Below the pieces are notes generated by a model. That model did not search any database and was not told the origin of the DNA. It saw only the letters and a list, made by a program, of their open reading frames with translations. From Heteronotia binoei (lineage: Eukaryota), in NCBI RefSeq assembly GCF_032191835.1, contig NC_083227.1, forward strand, positions 142,166,001 to 142,230,000: a stretch of DNA of 64,000 bases, in the 5' to 3' direction. The position numbers and the translations under genes are program-made. Every line of letters begins with the position of its first letter. Position 1 is the first letter of the stretch. Of this stretch, positions 24,300 through 36,110 are shown piece by piece.

Positions 24300-25760
24300 C
24301 CAACATCATTTTGTTTGTTAATGATTTGTCAGAGTCTATCCAACACAAGGTCCAAACATATAAAAAAGGAGAGTGAAAGTCTGAGTGTTAAAAGCAAACT
24401 ATATAATTTTGATATAAAAATGTGATTTCAGAAAGTACTACTTCAGCAATGGATGGAATTAAACTCATAAAAACACCCCTAATTACAAGTATGTTCATTA
24501 ACAGCACCATGAAGAAACCAAGAACGAATAACGTGCATCAAACTTTATCATTGAACCAATGTTTTGCAAACAAAAACACCTATAATGGAGCTGCCAGGCT
24601 TTCTCAAAAGTGGAAACTAGTCAAAGGGTCAAAACTACTGACCAAGGTTCCAAAAAACATGGCCAAATACTGACAAAAAATGGATTATGCTTCTATACTT
24701 TGTGGAAGACTTCACCAAATTACTTTTATTCTTAGGAATAAAGTCCTTAAAGTACTTCATAAGTGCTAGCTACTGTTCAGACTTGCAGTAGCGCTCTCTT
24801 GTGATAGCTACCTAGAAGAAAAATATTTCAAGGAACAATGATTTGGGATATCAAGATTTCTTTGAATTCTTGTGAAATCCTATTGTGATGGCCATCCATA
24901 GAAAAAATCATGACGAAGGAAAATTAAATTTGATGCATTGTCTCCCAGTTCTGCCGTGCCCCTACGGAATGCATTATGAATGTTACAAGTGCCAATATCT
25001 ACCATAGGCTCTCTCTCTCTCAAAATAAGATAATCATTCATAAGTTTAGTGACAGCCAATGTTCCCTCTAAGCTGCAGAGTCTTGCAAGCAAAAATTCTA
25101 CTTTGTGAGCTACTGGCATTAAAGCTGTGAGCGACTGGCATTACAGTTGTGAGCTACTGCATAAATTAGTGTGCTCTGGGGTCATCCTTCCTGAGCTAAG
25201 ACAAAAATGTATGAGCTGGAGGCTAAAAATCTGTGAGCTAGGTCACGCTAACTCAGCTTAGAGGGAACCCTGGTGACAGCCTTGGATATCTGGGCCATCA
25301 TTACATAGCATTAGCAGTTTTGAGCAAGGAAGTTGTGCCAAATCCAAAGCTTCATTCAGTTTATTGTAAATATCTTTGGCTGTTGCCAAGTCTGAAGGCA
25401 CCTGGTCAAAATCATGTTTTTGGTTGGTGACTAGTATTTAAAAGCTACCTGCACTTCTTTGTAAGATGCTGCATTGGTGGTTTCATCATCAAACAAGGTG
25501 TAATATGCACCTTAAAGTCCTTCAGCAACTGTTTTCTTAAGTATGGAGTCAGCGTATCTGCTATTAAATACTGTGCCTTTGTCCTAGAAAGGGAAAAATG
25601 TTGGTGCACTGCATTTGGAAACATAAGAAAGTTTTCTCAATATGTTCACAATACGGCTCAAAAGCAAAGTCAGCTGAAATTGTTTTCATTACTCAGATAA
25701 TAACTGTTCCTTTGCGATCTGAACTAATTTTCTTCAGGGCTCCAGAATGAACCACTGACA
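24300..25760 (-). mobile_element. Fossil hAT-like DDE transposase gene
   Basis: The minus strand gives FDDETTN, NDGP, DIGTCNIHNAF (CxxH motif) and LMKYFKDFIP in order. Frames are broken and a MITE interrupts the sequence. Confidence 0.55.
25057..25272 (+). mobile_element. hAT MITE (216 bp)
   Basis: TIRs caatgttccctctaagctg / cagcttagagggaaccctg. Perfect 8 bp TSD GTGACAGC. Confidence 0.92.
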
Positions 25761-26484
25761 GATGTAGCTGAGATGAAACCAGCTGATTCCTGCCTCATTC
25801 TTATGTTTACGGGATATACTGACTTTACAAAAAAAAAAAAAAGGTTTGTTTTTTTTAAAAAAACCTAACAAATTAATGACCAAGATGAAAAAGTTTTTTA
25901 CTGAATTTACAGACCATTTTCCACCTTTGCTTTCTACACATGCACTGTATGAAACAGGCGTTGCAGTAAGCCAGCTATCTTAGCAGGATCTTGTAGCAGC
26001 AGTTTTCAGTTTCTCCCTATTTTCTTTTTCTACTAGCAACACATCTGTTTGCTGGTCTTAGACTCATTCCTAATAATAACACTCATTAACCCACTGGTAT
26101 TTAAAGCAAAGCAATACCACAGTTCATCTGAACAAGCACATCTTAGTACATTAGTGTACAAGATAAACTATACAATTAAAGTTAAACCTCTCATTCCTTG
26201 TTATAGTTTTAATAATGTGTCCACACTTTGCTCAAAGCAGACTTCCCACTCTTGACAAGAGATTATTTAAGTTTGGAGATATACACATATAAAATTATCA
26301 TCACTAATCAATTCAAAGGACAAAGTGCTGCTTGCATTATAAAGTCTAATTGTCTGATTAAGAACCCTTCCTGTTTCACTGAATGAGACAGCAACGATTA
26401 CGTAAGGTTAGGTTCTTGAGCTTTCTATACAGCAGTTCCATTTAAATGACACAAATAAACTGCCACCCTTCTCTCTACAACAAT

Positions 26485-26832
26485 ATTTACAAACTTTAAA
26501 AGGAAAATTATGTTAATTATATTGTGATGTGAACAAGAGGGGGAAAAGTGTGTATGGGTTAACCCCTCAATAAAATAAAAAGGTCTTGTGTAGGCTCGGT
26601 TGAAGGTATTGGCCACCACATACAATGCTCTTCATGGCCTTGGACCCTCTGGACTCTCTCCAAGCTGACGATTAATACCTGAGATTAAAAGGTTACCTAG
26701 AACAGGGGTCTCCAACCCCTAGGCCACGGACTGGTCCTAGTCTGCGGCCTGTTAGCAACTGGGCTGCACAGCCCCACTGCCTTCCCCCCCCCCATTGCGC
26801 TGCACAGCCTCATCCCCCCACCTTGGCACCTC
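26485..26832 (+). repeat. Left copy of the ~347 bp direct duplication flanking L1
   Basis: Matches 29159-29504 at about 95% by hand count. Confidence 0.95.
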
Positions 26833-29151
26833 GGCAGAACGACTTAAGCAATATTTGATAAACTTTATAAAGGAAGATCAAGCAGGGTTTCTCCCCAAAA
26901 GACAGATAAGAGACAATATTAGGACTGTTGTAAATATTGCAGAATATTACGAAAGACATCCGGAAAAGGAAGTAGCATTATTCTTTGCGAATGCAGAGAA
27001 AGCATTTGATAATCTAAACTGGGACTTTATGTTTGCAGTTATGGAGAAAATGGAGTTGGGAGAAGACTTTATAAGGATGATAAAAGCAATATATACTGAA
27101 CAACGTGCAAGGCTATGCATAAATGCAGACCTTACAGAAGATATGATAATTAGTAAAGGTACAAGACAAGGATGTCCGCTCTCTCCACTGTTGTTTATAA
27201 TGACACTCGAAATTTTGCTGATGCAAATTCAAGAAGACAAAGAAATAGAAGGATTAAAAATAAAAGGATTTACTTATAAATATAGAGCATTTGCAGATGA
27301 TATAATGTTTATTAATGAAAATCCAACTCAAGTAACATCCTTGCTGTTAGCTAAAATACAAGAATATGGAGATCTGGCGGGATTTTATGTAAATAAAGAA
27401 AAATCAAAAATTTTATGTAAGAATACGCAAGTAAACAAAAGGAGCTAACGGTTTGTGAAGTTACCTCGAAGGTAAAATATTTGGGTGTGGAGATAACAAT
27501 GAAGAATATTGATTTGTTTAAAAATAATTATGAGAAGCTATGGCGTAAAATGGATGAAGACATGATAAAATGGAATAAACTTAACTTGTCATTGCTGGGA
27601 AGAATAGCTGCAATTAAAATGAACATTTTACCAAGAATAATGTATTTATTTCAAACTATCCCGATTGTGAAGGACAGCAAACAGTTTAACAGATGGCAGA
27701 GGAAGATCTCAGAATTTGTGTGGGCTGAGAAGAAACCAAGGATCAAAATGAAAATTTGAACAGATGCAAAAGAGAGAGGAGGATTCCAATTACCAGATTT
27801 AAAACTGTATCACGAAGCAGTCTGCTTAGTGTGGATAAAAGAATGGGTGATGCTACTAAACAGAAAACTTTTGGCGTTGGAAGGTCATGGAAATAAATTC
27901 GGCTGGCATGCTTATATGTACTATGGGGGAAAAATGGACGGTTTTTTCTCACCATTATATAAGAAATAATTTATTGAATACGTGGATGAAATATAACAAA
28001 ATATGGTGATGAGAGAAAACCGTTATGGATAGTGCCAGCAGAAGTGATAAAAATAACGGCTGAAGTGGGTGAAGAAAAGTGGTTGCCATATAATCAGCTC
28101 TTAAAAATTCAAGGAGGCAAAATAGAGCTGAAAACTGCGAAAGAGTTGAATAATAAATATGACTGGTTTCAAATGCAACAAATAAAGAGTTTGGTGGAAA
28201 AATACATTAAAACTGAAGGAAGAAGAAAAGAATAAACAGAAATGGAAATAGTTCTGCTTGGATATAATGAAAAATTTCAAAATTGCTTTTGAAATGGTCT
28301 ACAGAAGATGAAGTAATGAAATCTCAAATGATTAAATGGGCAATTAATGTAAATAAAGAAATACAGATGGAAACTTGGGAATATCTTTGGAAGAATTCTA
28401 TAAAGCTTTCAACATGTCATAGTATCAAAGAGAACCGTTTTAAAATGAAGTATAGATGGTATATAACTCCTAAAAAGTTGGCAAAGATGAACAATAAGAT
28501 GCCAGATGTTGGAAGTGTAAAAAACATGAAGGTTCTTTTTATCATATGTCGTGGACTTGTGAAACAGCAAAAAAGTATTGGCAGATGATTCAACAAGAAA
28601 TATCTAGGATCTTGGGATATGAAATCAAGAAAGTTGCAGAGACTTTTCTGTTGGGATTATTTATGGAAAAATTTCCAAAAGAAGATAGAACTATAATTTG
28701 GTACTTGCTCTAAGCAGCTAGGACATTGTATGCGCAGTTGTGGAAGCAAGAAAGAATACCAGAGAAATGGGACTGGATTATAAAAGTTATAACATGGAGT
28801 GAAATGGACAAATTGACAAGAATTTTAAAAGACTATGATCTGGAAACTTTTAAGTTGGAGTGGAAGAAGTTTAGAAGTGATATAGTAAAAGAGTGGAAAA
28901 TAAAAGGACATTGGACAATTTTTGATAATGGTTAAGTCTTAAAAGAAAGAAAAATAGAAATTTTTGTTTTATTAGTTAAAGGTACCTTTAAATATTAGTA
29001 CTTTAAGTATACAACACCAGCAGGGGTCAAGTAACGGGGGGAGGAGGGTTAGAAAAGTAATATATGGGATAGATAAAAAGAAGTAATTAATAATGCAAGA
29101 ATTGATTGTTACCATATGTTACTGGAATAAAATTGTTTTAAACACAAAAAA
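26833..29151 (+). mobile_element. 5'-truncated L1 LINE (RT to 3' end), frameshifted
   Basis: AERLKQYLINFIKEDQAGFLPKRQ..., GTRQGCPLSPLLF, YRAFADD and the C-terminal zinc region. AATAAA at 29126 and a short A tail. Confidence 0.93.
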
Positions 29152-29158
29152 CCACAAC

Positions 29159-29504
29159 ATTTACAAACTTTAAAAGGAAAATTATGTTAATTATATTGTG
29201 ATGTGAACAAGAGGGGGGAAAGTGTGTATGGGTTAACCCCTCAATAAAATAAAAAGGTCTTGTGTAGGCTCGGTTGAAGGTATTGGCCACCACATGCAAT
29301 GCTCTTCATGGCCTTGGACCCTCTGGACTCTCTCCAAGCTGGTGATTAAGATCTGAGATTAAAAGGTTACCTAGAACAGGGGTCTCCAACCCCTAGGCTG
29401 CCGACTGATCCCAGTCTGCAGCCTGTTAGCAACTGGGCTGCACAGCCCCACTGCCCTGCCCCCCTATGGCGCTCCACAGCCTCATCCCCCCACCTTGGCA
29501 CCTC
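29159..29504 (+). repeat. Right copy of the ~347 bp direct duplication flanking L1
   Basis: Continues into the intact MITE and the downstream flank. Confidence 0.95.
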
Positions 29505-29952
29505 CTCCCCCTCCGTTTACACAAGTTTAAGGCTGAGGAAGGGGCGGTGAAGCGCCTCCCTGGCTCTTTAAAGGCAGACCCCCCAGCCAATCAGCTGATT
29601 GGCGGGGGAAACCATGGCAGCAGTGCGAGCAACCTACTAAAAAAGTCGTGCTGTCCTTGCCTTCTCCCCACTTCCTTCCCATGCCCAGGAAGGAAGTGTG
29701 GAAGAGGCAAGGGCAGCATGGCTTTTTCAGCAGGTTGCTCGTGCTGCTGCCATGGTTTCCCCCACCAATCAGCTGATCAGTGGGGGGTCAGCCTTTAAAG
29801 AGCCGGGGAGGCGCTTCACCGCCCCTTTCCGCAGCCTAAAACTTGTGCAAATGGAGGGAGGAGGAGGCACCACGGGGGGTGGCCAAATTCAGTGCCCCCA
29901 CCCTGCCAGCCCTGGGGCTGGTCCCTGAGGCCAAAAAGTTTGGGGGTCACTG
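29377..29952 (+). mobile_element. hAT-Charlie-type MITE (576 bp)
   Basis: Starts caggggtctccaac and ends tttgggggtcactg. TSD ACCTAGAA/AGCTAGAA. Confidence 0.85.
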
Positions 29953-31099
29953 AGCTAGAATACCAATCTCATCAGCACTTGATACAAAAATCTCTGACTT
30001 AAGATCCACATATTTTGGTAGAGTCTGAGACAGGCTACCTGAACATTCTTGAGGCCCTAGATATATTGCATGTGCATAAATTGTATGTCTCTGGGACCCT
30101 GGCAGCAGGATAGCTGCTTCCTTGTGCAGTGTTTACACAGACTTTGGCTATTATGTAGCCCTTTCTTATAAGGATGTATGCCTGCTATTGCAATGTTAAG
30201 GATTGGCTAAGCTGACTGCCTTAATGTCTACCCACTTTATGTTTCTCACCTTTTTTCCCCCAGATGCTGAGTAAGTTTTCCTTGACAGGTACCCCTCTCA
30301 ACTGGTCAAGCTACTACCCACAGTTATCTAGACTTGGGTCATTTCATGTACGCTGTTCCTTGATGGGATTGTATTTCTAGCTCCACCAGCATATGATATT
30401 AATTCTCAGATTGATTTTCTTCTTATCATACTGATATAAAAAAAGGAGAAACTGTTGGAGAGTACTTGCATGGAATCTTGCCCACTGTACAGAAATGACA
30501 CAGAAAGGGAGGGAAGTAGTAAGAAAAGCAACATCTTTGCCTGCAGTGCACTACCTCATCTGAGAACTGATTTTCTCCTGCCCAACTCTGGTACTGTATA
30601 AAGTTTGGGGATGGCCAGAGGCAAGACCTTGAGTACTAGCAGAGGGGCAGGAGCCAAAGGATTCCTGGCCTTTTGACTCGTAGCCCTATGGCTCCCTGCC
30701 TGTGACTTAAATCAAGCCAGCAAGGAATCCAGGATCAGCCAGAGTTGTACTTTCTCCCATTTGCAGTGCACCAGTTTACATATCATTGTTCCTATAAACC
30801 ACTTTGGGCTTTTTGAAGAAAATCAGGATATAAATAAATGGGAGAAAAATTAGCAACAAATTTAGCAAGGGAGATTACAGCAGTCTATTTTGATCTCACA
30901 ACCTGCTTGACAGACTTTTCTGAGCCTCTTCCATGCAGAGATAACTTGTCCTGAATTGAACCAATCACTAACTCCTAAATAAAGAATGCCCTGAAATGGA
31001 TTCCAAATGCTGCTCTGAACCCTGATCAGGAACTAGTGTTATCTTGAGAATTTCAACATGGAAATGTCCCCATATGCCTGTTCCTTGGATGGTGTTGAC

Positions 31100-32010
31100 A
31101 ATAGTTGATCATCAAGATACAGATGGATGCGTATACCTCAAATGTGAAACAGTCATCAGAGCTAATATGACTTGGAAAATACTCTTGGAGAGTTGTCCAG
31201 TCTGAATAATGCTTTGAATTGATAATGCACGTACATGCATGTGAATCTCAGGTATCTGCGATGAGGCATAAAAACAGATGAGGTTGATGGAGGCCACAGG
31301 GCTGTACAATGCATCTTCAGCAATTGATCCAGTATGACCATTCTGAAGTGTGTTTCTAATGAGCTTGTTCAGAATTTTAAATCCAGTATTGACCTCAAGT
31401 CCTTGTTGCATGATGAGAGAACCAGGATGAACATAGTGGCAAGATACAGGTTGCCTACACTTAATGAAGTTGTTGCATTGGTCACTAGAGCTCACACTAA
31501 GATCTTCTCTAATCCTCCCCTTCAGTCTGGAAACTTCTGTAAGTCCCAAGGCTCACAATGCAAACTGAAATACTTAGAAAGCACAATTCAACCTAGACTA
31601 TTAACTGAGTTGATCACCTGATCACGGAACTTCCCTCTTTTTCTATAACATCTCTGTCCTTCTGCACCTCTGTGTTTCATTTTTCCTATGCCACTGATTA
31701 GCTCTAAGAATATATATGCAAAAAGCCGCAAGGACACAGAAAGTATGCCATTCCCACTGTTTTTACTGTGACAGATTAGGACACTGGAAGCAGATCTCCT
31801 CATGCCAATTAATCTTGGTCAAGACGATCAGATCTAATCACAAAACCACCATGTCCCAATGGAACATGCACAAGACCTTTCTGATGAAGATGGCTCCTAC
31901 TCTCAAGATCCTAGAGGCTGAAGTCATCGAGACTAGAAAAAGGGTCTTTAACATTGCTGCCTTCAAAGAAACTAATGAAGCAGTTCAAAAAGATATCAAG
32001 TCCAGGACTT
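31100..32010 (+). mobile_element. Degenerate LTR-retroelement gag-like fragment
   Basis: Zinc-knuckle-like CFYCDRLGHWKQ at 31758. The surrounding frames are broken. Confidence 0.4.
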
Positions 32011-32439
32011 AAGGGCCAAATTAAGCCTACAAGTCAGAATTTGTGTACTGTACAAAGATGGGAAAGGTGATGCTCCCTATTAAAAATACCTTAATCAGCT
32101 GATGTGAAGAGACAGGGTGGCCATCACACTCTGGTAGGGCGGTGGCTAGAGCCATCAATCCCTTCTTTAAAGTACTGAGGTGTAGGCTCCTGTTCAGACT
32201 GCTCTATAAGAAAAGCAATATGTCCTTCAGGGTTGGGTTCAAATTCTCCATACAACTATCAGCGCACTAGTGCTGAATGCCTGCCATGAAATATCATAGA
32301 TTCTAGAAGTGGACATATAACTGGCAGCTAGAACAGTCTAAATCACCTTGTCTGAGAGCAGCAAATGCTCCATGATCTGTGATCAAGAACCAGGTGGTTA
32401 ACTTCAGACACCCAGGGTCTTGATGAAAAATCAGCCCAT

Positions 32440-35400
32440 GCTGCAGGAGGTTCTCCTTTGAGTAAACTCACCAGACCTAAGAACGACCATCAGATACTTA
32501 GCATGAAGGACATCTACTTGTAGGGAGGCAGGAACTAATTTAATCACTTCCTGTTCCCGATGGGAGTCACTCGCAACCTCAGTTTGGTAACTCCAACAGC
32601 AATAAGCTCTAAACACTACAATATTCCAAGACACAGGAGGAAAGTAATGACAATCTGAGAGGGTCAAGGTGCCCTCCTGTCCTCAGAGAAGGACCCTTCA
32701 CAGTAAGTATCCAATGGTCATTCTTCCTCTGAGGTGGAGGACATCTTATGGAACATCTCAAAGCAGTGTCCATAGGCATTAGGGGGGTGGTTGCCACCTC
32801 CATTCCCCAGAATGTGTAGCAGGATTCACTGACAAAAAAACCACCTCGGCCAACTCCTAAATATTGATTTTGTAATGTCTAATGAGTGTAGATATGGAAG
32901 ACCAGTTGGCAACCTTGCATACCTCTTCAACTGAGGCCTGCCTAGCAAAAACTACATTCACTGCAACACTATGCACAGAATGAGCTGTAATACCGACAGG
33001 AACAGACAGATTTGTCTTCTGTAGGGTTTTGCTATGAAATGTCTGATGGCTCTGCTAATGGCTGCACTTGGTATCTTTTTACCTGTGTGTGGTGTAGAAA
33101 TATCGATTAAAAGTGTGACCATCCAGCGAAAGTCTTTGGTTCTCTTAATATAGCAATTCAGTGTTCTTCTAACACCAAGAGAATGCCATGCTTGTTTCTT
33201 TGTATGAGAAGGATGCAGACAAGAATGATGGTAAGAATATTTCCTGTGATCTACGGAATGTGAAATTAACCTTTGGTTTGAAGGCCGGGTTTGTGTATAG
33301 AACCACCTTTTCTTTCTAAAAATTAAAGAGCTTTACTGAAAGAGCATCCAATTCCAGGTCAGAAACTATGAGTTTGTGGTGGTTGAGACAGAGAGGTCCC
33401 TTGGAGGGAGCAAAGAAAGTGAGAATATTTTGAGATGCTAATTCCCTATACTTGAGGTAAGACTGATGCCAACACTACCAGCTGTCTTCTCAATGTAGCT
33501 GTTTTTAAACTGGATGATAAACTGTTCTGTGGACACCAGAAGATGAACATCACCTTGAGCCATGTAGGGTCATGACATTTTGCAGCACCAGCAAACAAAG
33601 ACCTTCAGGTGGTATTGTATATCCTGGCAGAAGAATGTTTTCATGAAATCAGGATATTGGTCACCAACAGTTAATATTGTATGAGAAGATGCTTCCCCCT
33701 TTCCACTTCCCTGTGGTCAAACAGTGCCATCTTGGCAGAGGATGACAAATCAACCTCTGGTATAACATCCAGTGACTGGTTGAGAACTTTCCCACTGCTG
33801 TTGAAAGAGGAGCAGATGGACTCTGACTAGACAACCCATATGGTCATATCTTGGTGTTCTTGGAATCTCTGTCAGAGCAATGTGGCTTACTACCTGCCGT
33901 CTTGTTGAACCATCTGTGGAAACCACCCCTCCCCAATGGCTGCTTGTTGGGCCCCCAGGAAGAGCGTTTGTTGTCTGGATGAAATCTATTAAAGGTGTGT
34001 TGTGTACAAAAAAGGAAGGAGAGGAAAATGTCAGGCCAACATATCAACTTAGGTAGTGCCTTAGGATCTTATCTATCGATTCCCAAAAAAGTATTCCCCC
34101 CCCCCCCCCATGAACAGGATATACTGAGACAACATTGTTTTGACCGGTAGTCAGCAAACCAGATCCTCAACCACAGTGTACATCTAGGGGCTGCTACTGA
34201 GGAAATAGCCCTATATGAAAATACCATAATGTCCAGAGTAGAACATGTAAGAGAGACACAGCTTCTAAAACTCTATTAGCTGTCTCCAATAAAACACTGG
34301 TTATCATCCAGCAGAAGAGTAATGATTTTATGCTTCCAAAGTTATAGTGGCGCGTGCAACCATAGATGACATAGCAAATGCCCTTTATAGCCATGGAAAA
34401 ATCTTCACGTACTCTTCTGAGGGCAAACTAAGCCTATTCTGTCAAGATTGTCCTTAACATTACCATGAACATCCTCTGAAAGTAATCCATAGGGCTGTAT
34501 TGCTATCAGTGTAATAACAAAAGAAAAATGGAGGAATTTGGATAGTAAAGGATGAGAAAGCATAAAGCTCTTTTTAAAAACAAACAAACAAACCCTGAGT
34601 ATTGTTTGTTTGTAAAGGGCTTTGTTCACTCTGCTCACAACTGTTTTCAAAAAACTCTAGAAAGGGATAAACGTTTTAATAAGAGGACTCTCTTGGTGAA
34701 AAACTTTGTTTTCTTCCCCCCCTCATACACCTTTTTTAAAACTCTTGGGGTTGTCCTCACAATCTCCCTCTATATCTGAATCCTCCTGGAAATTTAGGGG
34801 AGACTGTGTTTTGGCCACCAGATACTAACAGACCTCACTCTTCAAGGAAGTATTTCGATACTTTCAATATCAATCCCCTCCTTCTCTGACACAGTCTCTC
34901 TCTTCCTTGTCATTGTGCTTATCAGAAAGGTCTTCCCTCCCTTTCCTGAGATGTCTCTCTCTCTCCCTCTTTTTTTGTGGCACCATTTGCTGCCATGCAG
35001 CTTTAGTCAGCCAGTAAGCCTTTCTACATACGGTAGACCTGTGGGGGGAGAGGAAGAGAAGCAGGCCCAGCATGTTCCTTTTTACTCTCCCTGTTAATTT
35101 TTAAATCAGTTCCCTTACGGCAGAGGTCCCCAACCCCTGGGCCGTGGACTGGTCCCGGTCCATGGCCTGTTAGCAACCTGGCCACCCCCCACCCTGGACC
35201 CTGGAAAAAATGTCTTCCACAAAACCGGTCCCTGGTTCCAAAAAGGTTGGGGACCACTGCCTTATGGTATTCTCCAGAAAGGGAAAAAATGGAGGGAAGA
35301 GACAGCAATCTGCATCCGCATTGTTACCTCCCTGAGCCATCTGTGGTGCTGCTCCCAGGTAACCTGAAGTCATGGAAGTTTCCTCCAGAGGGGGATAGTC

Positions 35401-36110
35401 CTCACTGCTCACCTCCCATCTGCCTGTAATAAGCCTAGCTGGAGCTGCATATGCACCATTGGCTTAGCCTTGCCTGTTGCCACTTCTGGAGCATGCTGCC
35501 TCCTCTCCAATAGAGAGTGCAACTCCTGTGGCACCGCACTGGCTTTTGGTGCCTTTAGATTTTTTGCCACCTAATGTCTGGCTCATTGGGGAGTCTGCAA
35601 CAGGGTCTTGTAGGCTCCACAATGCCAATCAATGTACAGAGTCTCCTACTCCTCGGATGACAGAACAATGCAGCCGCCATCTATGCCACTAAGTCAGCCC
35701 CAAAAGGCTTTGAAGCTGCAAGCCCTATTGATCTAGTCACTGCGCTTTTTACTCTCACTGAGGCAAAAAGAAAATGGCCACCTTAGGGCAGGGAAGAACA
35801 GCCGTCACCAGCAGGCCCTAGGAAAGATTAGAATAAAGAGGGAAAATGCAGCATAGAACACAAAGAAAATGGCTGAAAATGAAAAGAATAGACAAGGGAT
35901 AAACAGAAGATATAAAGAAACTCACGAATTCAGATAGAAGATGGAATAGCTATAAAGCAAAGCCTAGCCTAGTTGCTCTCCCTACAAAGGCAAGAAAAGA
36001 ACTGAGGTTGAGGGTGACTCCCACCAGGAACAGGAAGTGAAGAAATTTGTTCCTGCCTCCCTACAAGAAAGAAAGGAAGATGTCCTCTGCCTCAAAGGGA
36101 GAACCAATGC
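32440..36110 (-). mobile_element. DIRS-type retrotransposon B with inverted terminal repeats, nested in A
   Basis: ITRs 32446-32590 and 35995-36105 share cttgtagggaggcaggaac...tcacttcctgttcc...tgggagtcac..caacctcagtt in inverted orientation. ICR-like segment at about 32650-32720. YR C-terminus (ITAHSVHSVA...VCKVANWSS...IRHY, 32850-33000) and an RT piece (KFLHF...QPYGL, about 34500). Confidence 0.7.
35121..35259 (+). mobile_element. Short hAT-Charlie-type MITE inside DIRS B
   Basis: cagaggtccccaac...gttggggaccactg. TSD CCTTACGG/CCTTATGG. Confidence 0.88.
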
